DNA of 64,000 nucleotides from Lytechinus pictus (Eukaryota): NCBI RefSeq assembly GCF_037042905.1, contig NC_087252.1, positions 9,054,001 to 9,118,000 of the forward strand, read 5' to 3'. Shown piece by piece: positions 15,608 to 29,073 of this stretch (position 1 is its first letter; each line of letters starts with the position of its first letter). The notes under the pieces were generated by a model. It saw only the letters and a program-made list of their open reading frames with translations, ran no database searches and was not told where the DNA came from. The position numbers and the translations under genes were made by a program.

Positions 15608-17407
15608 AAGAAGTAGTAGTAGTAGAAGTAGTGGCAGTAGTAGTAATATAAGTTGTATCATATCTATTGTAAATAGCAAAAAGTGAAAAAAAAAACAGTG
15701 TCAAGTATTTTTTTAATGCAAATCTAATAAGACAATTAGGGGAAGGTGTGGCATAATGGAATACTGAATTTCAAACTTGATATTAAGACGTCATCAACGA
15801 CACAATACAAGTACAATGACAATGACAATTTTAGATGAATATTGTTTGTACTTTTATATGTCAAGGACATTTCATAAATTTCGAGTTGTAAATTTCAGTG
15901 AAACGCAAAAAATCACCGTTTGCCCCCTCACTTGGGCAAAATGCACCCCCCCCCCCCCTGATGGCACTCTTCATTGCCTCTTCATCCCATATCTGTCTTG
16001 ACATTTTCCGCTTGCAGTTCTATTCCTGACAATCTTTATGACGACCTGCAAACAATACACCTGAACCATATAATTGAGGTTACTCAACTACCACAAACAA
16101 TGCAACTAGCACGTTTAATAATAAAAAAACACGCCATTTTCAACTGGGGCAATATGTACATACTTGGACCAAAAAGGTTCAATTTTTCCCTAACATTTAT
16201 AGTTCATTTCCCTTAATATTGTATTTTCTTATAAGAGGTTTACACGCAAAATCTCTGAAGCAAAAAATCCCTGAAGCATGCAAAGCGTGTGTCTCAACGT
16301 TGATATCTTGATATCGTATTATGATTAACATAATACGAATATTTTATAAAACTTGCTACAACAACTACAAATTTTCAGCTCTATAATCATTCCCTATTCT
16401 TAGATCACGATGGTACACTTTTTTAAAAGACTTTATTCGGATGTGCTCAGATGTTGCTGGAATAAAGTTCATGGTTGGTATTATGCCGCATTTTCGACTG
16501 CTTCAAAGACTTTTTAAAGGGGGCGTACGTTATTCACTTATGAAAATTTCAAAATTGTATTTTCCCCATGTGATTGTTATGTCCCACCTTCCCCTAATAT
16601 GGTTCATTTCATTTTCAATATGAAATGTTTTTTCTTTCCATATCCTTGATCTAAAGAAAAATATCTCATTTGTCTGTGCATACCACGAATAGTATCAGAA
16701 CACGTTTGGACTTAAAAAGAAACTTAATCTAAAATCGAAACAAAAAAAATTAAGGTTGGAGGTATTTTTTCTTACAATTGGATTGAGAAGTTGTTTACAA
16801 AACCACTATTATGTAAAGGTGCTCTTCCAGCATAGCGTTCTACATGCATTGTTGGAACTGCGTTTCTTCAAAAAAGTTGTGTTATGTTGGCTGATTTATT
16901 GATTGTTCTTACTCGTCAAGAATATCACAAAATATGAAATACAATAAACAGAAAGAAAACCTTGACAGGATAAAGCTCCTATTATAGTATAAAAACATTT
17001 AGGCCAAGAGCATTAGGCCAAAATATGCTTAAGAAAGGAAATTTCAGGTAACAAGCTGATTTTTTCAGGATACGTCCAGTAATTTGTCTAGAATAACAAA
17101 CTAAAAGTCCTCATTTACATCCCCCTTAAAGGATTTTTTGTTATCCAAGATGGCGTTCAAAATGGTCGCCATTCACAGAAAATGGACATAACTCACTCCA
17201 CATTAGGCATCAATTTCTGTGAATATTGCATGGTTAAAAGGGGTATAATGTTTTAATGATACTGGTTAGAGTGATCATAGTAGTAGTAGTAGTAGTAGTA
17301 GTAGTAAAAGTGGTAATGGTATAGTACTAGTAGTAGTGGTAGTAGTAGTAGTATTTCTAGTAGTAGTATAGCAATAGTAGTAATAGTAGAAGTAGGAGTA
17401 GTAGCAA

Positions 17408-17444
<37 letters not shown>

Positions 17445-17601
17445 CCTAGTAGGAGTAAAAGTAGCAGTAGTAGTTCTTATTTTTGTAAAAGTAGTCAAAT
17501 TAGTTGTAGTAGTAGTAGTAGTAGTAGTAGAAGTAGTAGCAGTAGAAGTAGTAGTAATGGTAGCAGCAGTAGTAGTAGTAGTAGTAGTAGTAGTAGTTGT
17601 T

Positions 17602-17635
<34 letters not shown>

Positions 17636-18000
17636 AAGTAGCGGTAGTAATAGGAGCAATAATAGAAGAAGAAGAAGAAGAAGTAGTAGAAGTAGTAGTA
17701 GAAGTAATAGCAGTAGTAGTAGTAGTCCTAGTAGGAGTAAAAGTAGCAGTAGTAGTTCTTATTTTTGTAAAAGTAGTAAAACTAGTTGTAGTAGTAGTAG
17801 TAGTAGCAGGAGTAGTAGTAGTACAAGTAGTAGCAGTAGAAGTACTAGTAATGGTAGCAGTAGTAGTAGTAGTAGTAGTAGTAGTTGTAGTAGTAGTAGT
17901 AGTAGCAGGAGTAGTAGTAGTAAAAGTAGTAGCAGTAGAAGTAGTAGTAATGGTAGTAGTAGTAGTAGCAGGAGTAGTAGTAGTAGTAGTAATAGAAGTA

Positions 18001-18044
<44 letters not shown>

Positions 18045-18138
18045 TGTAGGAGTTGTAATAGTAAAGTAGTTGTAGCAGTAGTAGAAGTAGTAGTAGTATA
18101 GTAGTAGTAGTAGTAGTACTAGTAGTAGTAGTACTTAC

Positions 18139-18186
<48 letters not shown>

Positions 18187-18247
18187 AAGTAGAAGTAGAG
18201 GAAATAGAAGTAGTAGTACTAGTAGAAGAAGTATTGAAGTAGTAGAC

Positions 18248-18287
<40 letters not shown>

Positions 18288-18445
18288 AAGTAATAGCAGT
18301 AGTAGTAGTAGTCCTAGTAGGAGTAAAAGTAGCAGTAGTAGTTCTTGTTTTTGTAAAAGTAGTAAAATTAGTTGTAGTAGTAGTAGTAGTAGCAGGAGTA
18401 GTAGTAGTAGAAGTAGTAGCAGTAGAAGTAGTAGTAATGGGAGCA

Positions 18446-18492
<47 letters not shown>

Positions 18493-18547
18493 TGTAGAAG
18501 TAGTAGTAGTAATAGGAGCAATAATAGAAGAAGAAGAAGAAGAAGTA

Positions 18548-18590
<43 letters not shown>

Positions 18591-18610
18591 CAGTAGTAGT
18601 AATAGTAGTA

Positions 18611-18669
<59 letters not shown>

Positions 18670-18820
18670 TGTAGGAGTTGTAGTTATAAAGTAGTTGTAG
18701 CAGTAGTAGTAGTACTAGTAGTATAGTAGTAGTAGTAGTAGTAGTAGTAGTACTAGTACTAGTAGTAGTAGTACTAGTACTAGTAGTAGTAGTACTAGTA
18801 CTAGTAGTAGTAGTACTTAC

Positions 18821-18877
<57 letters not shown>

Positions 18878-20656
18878 AAGTAGTAGTAGTAGAAGTAGTG
18901 GCAGTAGTAGTAATATAAGTTTTAATATATCTATTGTAAATAGCAAGAAGTGAAGAAAAAAACAGTGTCAAGTATTTTTTTAATGCAAATCTAATAAGAC
19001 AATTAGGGGAAGGTGTGGCATAATGGAATACTGAATTTTAAACTTGATATTAAGACGTCATCAACGACACAATACAAGTACAATGACAATGACAATTTTA
19101 GATGAATATTGTTTGTACTTTTATATGTCAAGGACATTTCATAAATTTCGAGTTGTAAATTTCAGTGAAACGCAAAAAATCACTGTTTGCCCCCTCACTT
19201 GGGCAAAATGCACCCCCCCCCCCCTGATGGCACTCTTCATTGCCTCTTCATCCCATATCTGTCTTGACATTTTCCGCTTGCAGTTCTATTCCTGACAATC
19301 TTCATGACGACCTGCAAACAATACACCTGAACCATATAATTGAGGTTACTCAACTACCACTAACAATGCAACTAGCACGTTTAATAATAAAAGAACACGC
19401 CATTTTCAACTGGGGCAATATGTACATACTTGGACCAAAAAGGTTCAATTTTTCCCTAACATTTATAGTTCATTTCCCTTAATATTGTATTTTCTTATAA
19501 GAGGTTTACACGCAAAATCCCTGAAGCATGCAAAGCGTGTGTCTCAACGTTGATATCTTGATATCGTATTATGATTAACATAATACGAATATTTTATAAA
19601 ACTTGCTACAACAACTACAAATTTTCAGCTCTATAATCATTCCCTATTCTTGGATCACGATGGTACACTTTTTTAAAAGACTTTATTCGGATGTGCTCAG
19701 ATGTTGCTGGAATAAAGTTCTTGGTTGGTATTATGCCGCATTTTCGACTGCTTCAAAGACTTTTTAAAGGGGGCGTACGTTATTCACTTATGAAAATTTC
19801 AAAATTGTATTTTCCCCATGTGATTGTTATGTCCCACCTTCCCCTAATATGGTTCATTTCATTTTCAATATGAAATGTTTTTTCTTTCCATATCCTTGAT
19901 CTAAAGAAAAATATCTCATTTGTCTGTGCATACCACGAATAGTATCAGAACACGTTTGGACTTAAAAAGAAACTTAATCTAAAATCGAAACAAAAAAATT
20001 AAGGTTGGAGGTATTTTTTCTTACAATTGGATTGAGAAGTTGTTTACAAAACCACTATTATGTAAAGGTGCTCTTCCAGCATAGCGTTCTACATGCATTG
20101 TTGGAACTGCGTTTCTTCAAAAAAGTTGTGTTATGTTGGCTGATTTATTGATTGTTCTTACTCGTCAAGAATATCACAAAATATGAAATACAATAAACAG
20201 AAAGAAAACCTTGACAGGATAAAGCTCCTATTATAGTATAAAAACATTTAGGCCAAGAGCATTAGGCCAAAATATGCTTAAGAAAGGAAATTTCAGGTAA
20301 CAAGCTGATTTTTTCAGGATACGTCCAGTAATTTGTCTAGAATAACAAACTAAAAGTCCTCATTTACATCCCCCTTAAAGGATTTTTTGTTATCCAAGAT
20401 GGCGTTCAAAATGGTCGCCATTCACAGAAAATGGACATAACTCACTCCACATTAGGCATCAATTTCTGTGAATATTGCATGGTTAAAAGGGGTATAATGT
20501 TTTAATGATACTGGTTAGAGTGATCATAGTAGTAGTAGTAGTAGTAGTAGTAGTAAAAGTGGTAATGGTATAGTACTAGTAGTAGTGGTAGTAGTAGTAG
20601 TATTTCTAGTAGTAGTATAGCAATAGTAGTAATAGTAGAAGTAGGAGTAGTAGCAA

Positions 20657-20690
<34 letters not shown>

Positions 20691-20813
20691 CCTAGTAGGA
20701 GTAAAAGTAGCAGTAGTAGTTCTTATTTTTGTAAAAGTAGTCAAATTAGTTGTAGTAGTAGTAGTAGTAGTAGTAGAAGTAGTAGCAGTAGAAGTAGTAG
20801 TAATGGTAGCAGC

Positions 20814-20849
<36 letters not shown>

Positions 20850-20850
20850 T

Positions 20851-20881
<31 letters not shown>

Positions 20882-21243
20882 AAGTAGCGGTAGTAATAGG
20901 AGCAATAATAGAAGAAGAAGAAGAAGTAGTAGAAGTAGTAGTAGAAGTAATAGCAGTAGTAGTAGTAGTCCTAGTAGGAGTAAAAGTAGCAGTAGTAGTT
21001 CTTATTTTTGTAAAAGTAGTAAAACTAGTTGTAGTAGTAGTAGTAGTAGCAGGAGTAGTAGTAGTAGAAGTAGTAGCAGTAGAAGTAGTAGTAATGGTAG
21101 CAGTAGTAGTAGTAGTAGTAGTAGTAGTAGTTGTAGTAGTAGTAGTAGCAGGAGTAGTAGTAGTAAAAGTAGTAGCAGTAGAAGTAGTAGTAATGGTAGT
21201 AGTAGTAGTAGCAGGAGTAGTAGTAGTAGTAGTAATAGAAGTA

Positions 21244-21287
<44 letters not shown>

Positions 21288-21381
21288 TGTAGGAGTTGTA
21301 ATAGTAAAGTAGTTGTAGCAGTAGTAGAAGTAGTAGTAGTATAGTAGTAGTAGTAGTAGTACTAGTAGTAGTAGTACTTAC

Positions 21382-21429
<48 letters not shown>

Positions 21430-21490
21430 AAGTAGAAGTAGAGGAAATAGAAGTAGTAGTACTAGTAGAAGAAGTATTGAAGTAGTAGAC

Positions 21491-21530
<40 letters not shown>

Positions 21531-21688
21531 AAGTAATAGCAGTAGTAGTAGTAGTCCTAGTAGGAGTAAAAGTAGCAGTAGTAGTTCTTGTTTTTGTAAA
21601 AGTAGTAAAATTAGTTGTAGTAGTAGTAGTAGTAGCAGGAGTAGTAGTAGTAGAAGTAGTAGCAGTAGAAGTAGTAGTAATGGTAGCA

Positions 21689-21735
<47 letters not shown>

Positions 21736-21787
21736 TGTAGAAGTAGTAGTAGTAATAGGAGCAATAATAGAAGAAGAAGAAGAAGTA

Positions 21788-21833
<46 letters not shown>

Positions 21834-21853
21834 CAGTAGTAGTAATAGTAGTA

Positions 21854-21909
<56 letters not shown>

Positions 21910-22054
21910 TGTAGGAGTTGTAGTAGTAAAGTAGTTGTAGCAGTAGTAGTAGTACTAGTAGTATAGTAGTAGTAGTAGTAGTAGTACTAGTACTAGTAGT
22001 AGTAGTACTAGTACTAGTAGTAGTAGTACTAGTACTAGTAGTAGTAGTACTTAC

Positions 22055-22111
<57 letters not shown>

Positions 22112-24487
22112 AAGTAGTAGTAGTAGAAGTTGTGGCAGTAGTAGTAATATAAGTTGTATCATATCTATTGTAAATAGCAAGAAGTGAAGAAAAAAACAGT
22201 GTCAAGTATTTTTTTAATGCAAATCTAATAAGACAATTAGGGGAAGGTGTGGCATAATGGAATACTGAATTTCAAACTTGATATTAAGACGTCATCAACG
22301 ACACAATACAAGTACAATGACAATGACAATTTTAGATGAATATTGTTTGTACTTTTATATGTCAAGGACATTTCATAAATTTCGAGTTGTAAATTTCAGT
22401 GAAACGCAAAAAATCACTGTTTGCCCCCTCACTTGGGCAAAATGCACCCCCCCCCCCCTGATGGCACTCTTCATTGCCTCTTCATCCCATATCTGTCTTG
22501 ACATTTTCCGCTTGCAGTTCTATTCCTGACAATCTTCATGACGACCTGCAAACAATACACCTGAACCATATAATTGAGGTTACTCAACTACCACTAACAA
22601 TGCAACTAGCACGTTTAATAATAAAAGAACACGCCATTTTCAACTGGGGCAATATGTACATACTTGGACCAAAAAGGTTCAATTTTTCCCTAACATTTAT
22701 AGTTCATTTCCCTTAATATTGTATTTTCTTATAAGAGGTTTACACGCAAAATCCCTGAAGCATGCAAAGCGTGTGTCTCAACGTTGATATCTTGATATCG
22801 TATTATGATTAACATAATACGAATATTTTATAAAACTTGCTACAACAACTACAAATTTTCAGCTCTATAATCATTCCCTATTCTTAGATCACGATGGTGC
22901 ACTTTTTTAAAAGACTTTATTCGGATGTGCTCAGATGTTGCTGGAATAAAGTTCATGGTTGATATTATGCCGCATTTTCGACTGCTTCAAAGACTTTGTA
23001 AAGGGGGCGTACGTTATTCACTTATGAAAATTTCAAAATTTTATTTTCCCCCATGTGATTGTTATGTCCCACCTTCCCCTAATATGGTTCATTTCATTTT
23101 CAGTATGAAATGTTTTTATTCTTTCCATATCCTTGATCTAAAGAAAAATATCTCATTTGTCTGTGCATACCATGAATAGTATCAGAACACATTTCGACCT
23201 AAAAAGAAACTTAATCTAAAATCGAAACATAATTTTTAAGGTTGGAGGTATTTTTTCTTACAATTGGATTGAGAAGTTGTTTACAAAACCACTATTATGT
23301 AAAGGTGCTCTTCCAGCATAGCGTTCTACATGCATTGTTGGAACTGCGTTTCTTCAAAAAAGTTGTGTTATGTTGGCTGATTTATTGATTGGTCTTACTC
23401 GTCAAGAATATCACAAAATATGAAATACAATAAACAGAGAGAAAACCTTGACAGGATAAAGCTCCTATTATAGTATAAAAACATTTAGGCCAAGAGCATT
23501 AGGCCAAAATATGCTTAAGAAAGGAAATTTCAGGTAACAAGCTGATTTTTTCAGGATACGTCCAGTAATTTGTCTAGAATAACAAACTAAAAGTCCTCAT
23601 TTACATCCCCCTTAAAGGAGAATGAAACTCTTGGAGCAAGTTAGCTTTTGTGAAAGCAGACAAATCAAAGAATAAGATCAACAAAAGTTTGAGTAAAATA
23701 GGACTAGCAATAGAAGAGTTATGAGCATTTGAATGTCGAGATCACTAATGCTATGGAGATCCTCCCATTGGCAATGCGACCAAGATCTAAGAAGTCACAG
23801 ATGAACAACTCTCCCCTTTTGGACAGTGAAAATATACCCCAAAACATCTCTTTTTGCTCATTCTAATCATATGACAAACGATTCATCAATGATATAATGT
23901 TGTGAAACCTCTGTACTTGTTCTCTAATAAAGAGAACACCTCACCTTGTGATAGACTCTATAAAAGTGAGAATATAAGTGAAATAAGTACTAAAGTAATG
24001 AGGGAGTTGTACGTGTGTGACATCACAGATCTTGGTCGCATTGCCAATGGGAGGATCTACATGGCATTAGTGATCTCAATATTCAAATGCTCATAACTTT
24101 CTTATTGTTCATTCAATCTTCCTCAAACTTTCAACAATATGTTTCTTTGATTTTTCTCTTTGATAAGAATTCAGCTGGTTTCAAGGGTTTCATTCTCCTT
24201 TAAAGGATTTTTTGTTATCCAAGATGGCGTTCAAAATGGTCGCCATTCACAGAAAATGGACATAACTCACTCCACATTAGGCATCAATTTCTGTGAATAT
24301 TGCATGGTTCAAAGGGGTATAATTTGTTAATGATACTGGTTAGAGTGATCATAGTAGTAGTAGTAGTAGGAGTAGTAGTAAAAGTGGTAATGGTATAGTA
24401 CTAGTAGTAGTGGTAGTAGAAGTAGTAGTATTATTTCTAGTAGTAGTATAGCAATAGTAGTAATAGTAGAAGTAGGAGTAGTAGCAA

Positions 24488-24544
<57 letters not shown>

Positions 24545-24697
24545 ATGTAGATGTAGGAGTAGTAGCAGCAGCAGCAGCAGCAACAGCAGTAGTAGTAGTA
24601 GTGGTGGTGGTAGAATAGTAGTAGTAGTAGTAATAGTAGTAGTAGTAGTAGTTTGTAGTAGTAGTAATATCAGTTGTAGTAGCAGGCAGCAGCAGCA
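1..24697. repeat. Macrosatellite: ~3.2-3.9-kb monomers (unique ~1.6-kb spacer + degenerate (GTA)n array), at least 7 copies, A/B higher-order dimer; runs off the left edge of the window
   Basis: Near-identical spacers at ~1544-3174, 4940-6554, 8879-10510, 12121-13738, 15646-17278, 18913-20527 and 22147-24352. The identical spurious ORF 'MILRRHQRHN...' starts at 1674, 5071, 9009, 12252, 15777, 19044 and 22278. Spacers are separated by GTA-triplet arrays. Confidence 0.97.
23616..24199. mobile_element. Non-autonomous TTAA-target DNA transposon (Kolobok-type termini), 584 bp
   Basis: TTAA (23612-15) + AGGAGAATGAAAC ... GTTTCATTCTCCT + TTAA (24200-03). Long internal imperfect inverted arms (~23720-23790 vs ~24025-24095). 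The other six spacer copies show the empty site CCCCCTTAAAGGATTTT. AGG..CCT ends with a TTAA TSD are typical of Kolobok. Confidence 0.9.
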
Positions 24698-24759
24698 AAC
24701 CCTGTTAACACTTTCAGTATAAGCTTGGTGCCTTTTCCTATGTTTTCATATCACTGATC

Positions 24760-25075
24760 TAATAAAACAAAATATATTATGTGTTTGTCCATACCGTGAC
24801 ATATAAAAAGGACACGTTTGGACTTAAATAGAAACTCAGAAATCGAACCAAAATTATTCAAGGTTGAATGTATTTTTCCTACAATTGGGAATAGAAGTTG
24901 TTTATAAAATCCCTAATATGCGTATAGACGCTCTTCCAGCATAGCGTTCTACATGTATCGTTGAAAATATTGCTGAGCTGTCTGAAATAAAAATTTTGTT
25001 CTGTCGTGTCTGTTGGTTGATTGATTAATTGAATTTATTCGTCAAGAATATCACAAGAAAGGAAATACAATAAAT
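24760..25075 (+). repeat. Diverged direct relic of the macrosatellite spacer
   Basis: Shares acacgtttggacttaaa, gctcttccagcatagcgttctacatg and gtcaagaatatcacaa with spacer positions ~2560-2850. Confidence 0.75.
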
Positions 25076-25587
25076 CCTATGAAAGTATAAAGACATTATT
25101 GTAATGATAAAAATTATAAACGTGGTATGATAATAGGACATACATGTATTTAATAATTTACAAAAAATAATTTACAAAAAACCTGAGGTAAAGAGCAATT
25201 ATCTATTTCTTTTTCAAACAAGATTATTATCTACAATACTGAAAACCAAGAGTACAAAACGTGCGTTTGTGCTGGCTGTCGATTAGATTCTATTTTTTTG
25301 CATTAATAATAATGATAATACTAACGCAGTTCTTGTATAGCGCATGTCATTGCGTTGAAAATATTGCCGCGTTGTCTGAAATAAAGGTTTTGTTCTGTCA
25401 TGTATGTTGTGTTTGGCATGACCGTCAGCGCAGAGGATTATCTGTTGCGTTGGGGGCGCAACTGAAGATGTCCCCAGCCCCCCCCCCCGAAACTTAGATG
25501 ATAATCCTTTGCGCTGACGGCCGTGATTTCGGGGTGGATAGATGGTAAGAGGCAATCGACATCGAAGGCGTCTACACGACATATAGG

Positions 25588-25984
25588 GGTTTGTAAACAA
25601 CCTCTATGTACAATTGTAAGGAAGAATACCTCCCACCTTAAATAAGTTTGTTTCAATTTTAGATTAAGTTTCTTTTTAGGTCCAAACGTGTTCTAATGCT
25701 ATTCGTGGTATGCACAGACAAATTAAATAATATTCTTTAGATCAGGGATATGGAAAGGAAAAACCTTTCATATTGAAAATGAAATTAACCATATTAGGGG
25801 AAGGTGGGACATAACGATCATAGAAGGAAAAAATAATTTTTTGAAATTTTCATAAGTGAATAAAGTACGCCCCCCTTTTACAAAGTATTTGGAGCAGTCG
25901 ACATGGCGGCATAATATCAACCATGAACTTTCATCCAGCAACATCTGAGCACATCCAAATAAAGTGTTTTTAAAAAAGTGCACC
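25588..25984 (-). repeat. Diverged inverted relic of the macrosatellite spacer
   Basis: Reverse complement of spacer ~2310-2700. The ORF 25768..25983(-) ends IVMSHLPLIWLISFSI versus IVMSHLPLIWFISFSI in the spacer. Confidence 0.85.
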
Positions 25985-27439
25985 CTTCTTCCTTTCCTTT
26001 TCCTCTTTTCTTTTTCCCCTTTCCTTCCCCTTTCCCTTTCTGTCTCCCTCCCTTTTCCTGTTTTCCCCTGTGAAATAAGCTAGGGGGCACCTTGCCCCTT
26101 TCCCCCCACCAGCCCCCCCCCCCCCCTGCCTGTTACGCGACTGCCAAAAACAACAAACAATATTCGAATTGGAAATGTTTTTCGATAATTATAAATATTC
26201 TCTTAAACGTTTTTGCTAAACTATTTCATTGATATAATGCCTCATGGAAAAAATGAAACGGATCTGGAATTCAGTGTGGGAAAATTTATTTTGAAATAAT
26301 GATGATAGTGTATTCCCGCTGCAGTTAAATTATTTTCCAAAATAAGAAAAGCAAAAAAAAACTCTAATAAAGATACCAATATGCCATTCGATATGCACCA
26401 AAAATAGTTATCTCTAAACAGACAACCTTAGCCCCTTAAATGAAATTTGTTATTATTGACTTAAGTTTGTTCAAGGATACAATGGAAATAGGTTGATCTC
26501 TCCGTTTCAGGTGTGTCAAAGCAGTTAATTCAAATGAAACGGTTCATTTAGTATTAAATATGAACAGTGATCCAAAGGAAATCAAATTATTCGTGCTTTC
26601 ACACGCCATGTTTTTTATAAATTAGTCGTTTGGAACTTAAATCTGAAAGTAAATAAGCCAAAATCAAAATGAAACTAAAAAAATCAGATTTTATTTTTCC
26701 TTTTTCGACGGGGCACAAAAGTTGTTCACAAAACCCTGACGGACGCTTTCATCATGCTCAAAGGCAATTCTATTGCAGAGATATTTATGTATTGTGTAAA
26801 AAAAAAGTTTATATCTAACGAATCTATAATTTTATGAATTTGCACACCAATAACAATAAAAACGGGTCAAGAAATTATCTAAAGTGAAACTAACATTGAA
26901 ATTAAAATAAAAACAATTCCAATTTTAGAAATGATTTCTAGAAGGGGCTTAATAGATATTTACAAAATCCTGACGGGCACTTGAAACGGCACTTCTTGTG
27001 TAGGTTTTTTTTTTGTTTCTATATTGCGTGAAAAAGAGTTAATTCTATGTGAATACTGTATATGAATTAGTAATGTTTTGACTGTAATCCTCATTTTTTA
27101 CACTCTTACTCGATCTTTCCTTGTCAGTCGAAAAATTGGGAAATTTGATTGCAAATGTATAACGTTTTACAAGGCACGCATATTGGTTTCTACGTTTTGT
27201 TTGATTTAAAAAAAAAAGGTGTTTGACTGGTTCTTCTCCCCCATTATCAGTGTAATTTAAAGATTATTACGTCCATAATTTTAAAAAGGGAATTGAATAG
27301 ACGTTGGCAATTTAAGATTATACAAAAAAGTACGAAATGCATTGTTGCAAAAAAAACAGTGCTGTTATTGGGTGTAGCCATAGAAAGCCCAGATCGGATT
27401 ATTAAAATGACCACACCTGATAACATATGAAATATATTA

Positions 27440-27712
27440 AGTAAAAAAATGATGAAAATCCATATTTTATTGTTCGAAATAGACATTAAATGAAATACTC
27501 CGAAAACTTGTTTGCCCAATTGATCGTGGGCCCGGTAGCCGCTGTGCAGGGCCAGATCGACGAGGCTCTATCCATTTAATCGTTGAACGCCAAACAGGGT
27601 AGCAGCAACTGCAATCTTTTAACGTCTTTTGGTCTGACGCTGTCGGGGTTTGAACTCCCGACCTCCCGGTTGTGAGACGGCCGCTCTCTCCCAACTGAGC
27701 CAGCACACCGGT
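27440..27712 (-). mobile_element. tRNA-derived SINE
   Basis: Minus strand reads GGTGTGCTGGCTCAGTTGG (A box) ... GGAGTTCAAACCCCG (B box), then a ~200-nt body ending near AATAAA. There is no intact acceptor stem. Confidence 0.75.
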
Positions 27713-28041
27713 GCATACATGTACACCGGTATGAGAACTATATCAATAGAAACTTAATTAGTGAAATTGTAAAGCTTATGCTTAGATACTGATAAATAAG
27801 TAATTTGAATCTTCATATTTAAAACCCTGCCACATGCGCGAAAAGCAATGCAGTAAAGACAAAATTGAGGTACAAAAAGAAGATTTAATCTTTTTTGACG
27901 TGACATATGTGTCACGCCATCGACAACCACAATCTGTCAGGGAATGTTCTCTGGAAATAGCTTCAGAAGTCTTCAAAAAGTAAAAAATAGCAAATAATAT
28001 CTGAAGAATGTTTCATTTTTTCCATATACTCCCAAAATTCG

Positions 28042-28626
28042 GTAAAGTCCACCCAAGAAATATGTTGATTTGAATTAACAGAGAAAAATCTAACAAGCAT
28101 AACATTGAAAATTTCATGAAAATCGGAATGTTTTGTTTATTTTTCACAAAACAGTTATATGCACAACTGAAGAAAAGGCAAGTGAGAGAGCCGATGATGT
28201 CCCTCACTCATTTTTTATTTTGTTTTCTTTTTTATTGTTTGGATTAAACAATATTTCAGTTTTTACAGATTTGACAATAAGGACAAACTTGACTGAACCA
28301 CAAAATTATGAAACAATAATTCCACATGTTCAGGCCTCAAGTAGAAATAAAACTTTGATTTTACAGGACAGTGAGGAGAAAATTAGAATCGTTCTTATTT
28401 CATACAATAAAGATCTAAAGAAACAGTGATTGGATGATGTCATCAGTCCTTTCATTTGCATACCGACTAGAATGTGCATAATACTGTTTTAAGAAAAAAA
28501 GCGAAACTTAAAAATGTCATAACTTTGCTATTTTACAATCGATTTTGATGAAATTTTCAGTGTTATATGCTTGTTTGATTTTTTTTATGCAAGTCATTTT
28601 TTTTGTTGGGGTGGCTTGTCCTTTAA
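28042..28626. mobile_element. Diverged MITE of the family also at ~38950-39870 and 57048-57753 (Kolobok-type ends)
   Basis: Starts gtaaagtccaccc and ends ggggtggcttgtcctttaa. Internal text (gaaaatttcat(g/c)aaaat, aacttgactga, gatgtcatcagt..catttgcataccgac) is shared with the other copies. Confidence 0.75.
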
Positions 28627-29073
28627 AATTGAATTAATTACTTTTCCCTACTGTTTCCAAATGGAGTTTGAGCAAGACGCACATAATTCAGATCTTATTG
28701 TTGAGAAAACCCCAATCTTTAAACCTTGTTTTGCGGCTTGTATTCCGTCAAGGGACAATGCTTATTCTTCCTCCCCTGTCCTCTCTTTTTTTTTTCTCTC
28801 TCTCTCTCGCTCTCTATGGGTGCAACTACACATAATGAATATCATCGTGATTCTAACAAACAATCTGCGCAAACGAAATTCGAAGTCACCCAGTATGACT
28901 TTTTTTTTAAATCTAGAATCTATTGAATAAAGTGTAAACGCAAACGTGCGTTTCATTCCCTTTCACGTCAAATAGATGCCGTTCTACTAGTCCAGCCCCC
29001 AAAACAGATTTGTCCTATCATGTACTTCCTACAGGTCTTCATGCATATTCATAGAAGAGACAAAATTGTGTCA

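Noticed and set aside
1544..24352. CRISPR-like repeat/spacer array
   Set aside because: Units are kilobases long, the 'spacers' are the conserved part, there are no cas genes, and the context is eukaryotic.
1..24697. Poly-Val/Leu/Tyr/Thr ORFs, and a possible mucin-like gene of repeated Thr-rich exons on the minus strand (acceptor-like ...tttacaatag at ~1562, donor-like GTAAGT at ~1457)
   Set aside because: These are translations of (GTA)n. The Thr frame is broken repeatedly by non-triplet interruptions, and the candidate exon is not phase-symmetric, so tandem copies could not splice in frame.
27640..27712. Functional tRNA-Val(CAC) gene
   Set aside because: A and B boxes are present, but the stems are broken and it continues into a SINE-like body without a terminator.
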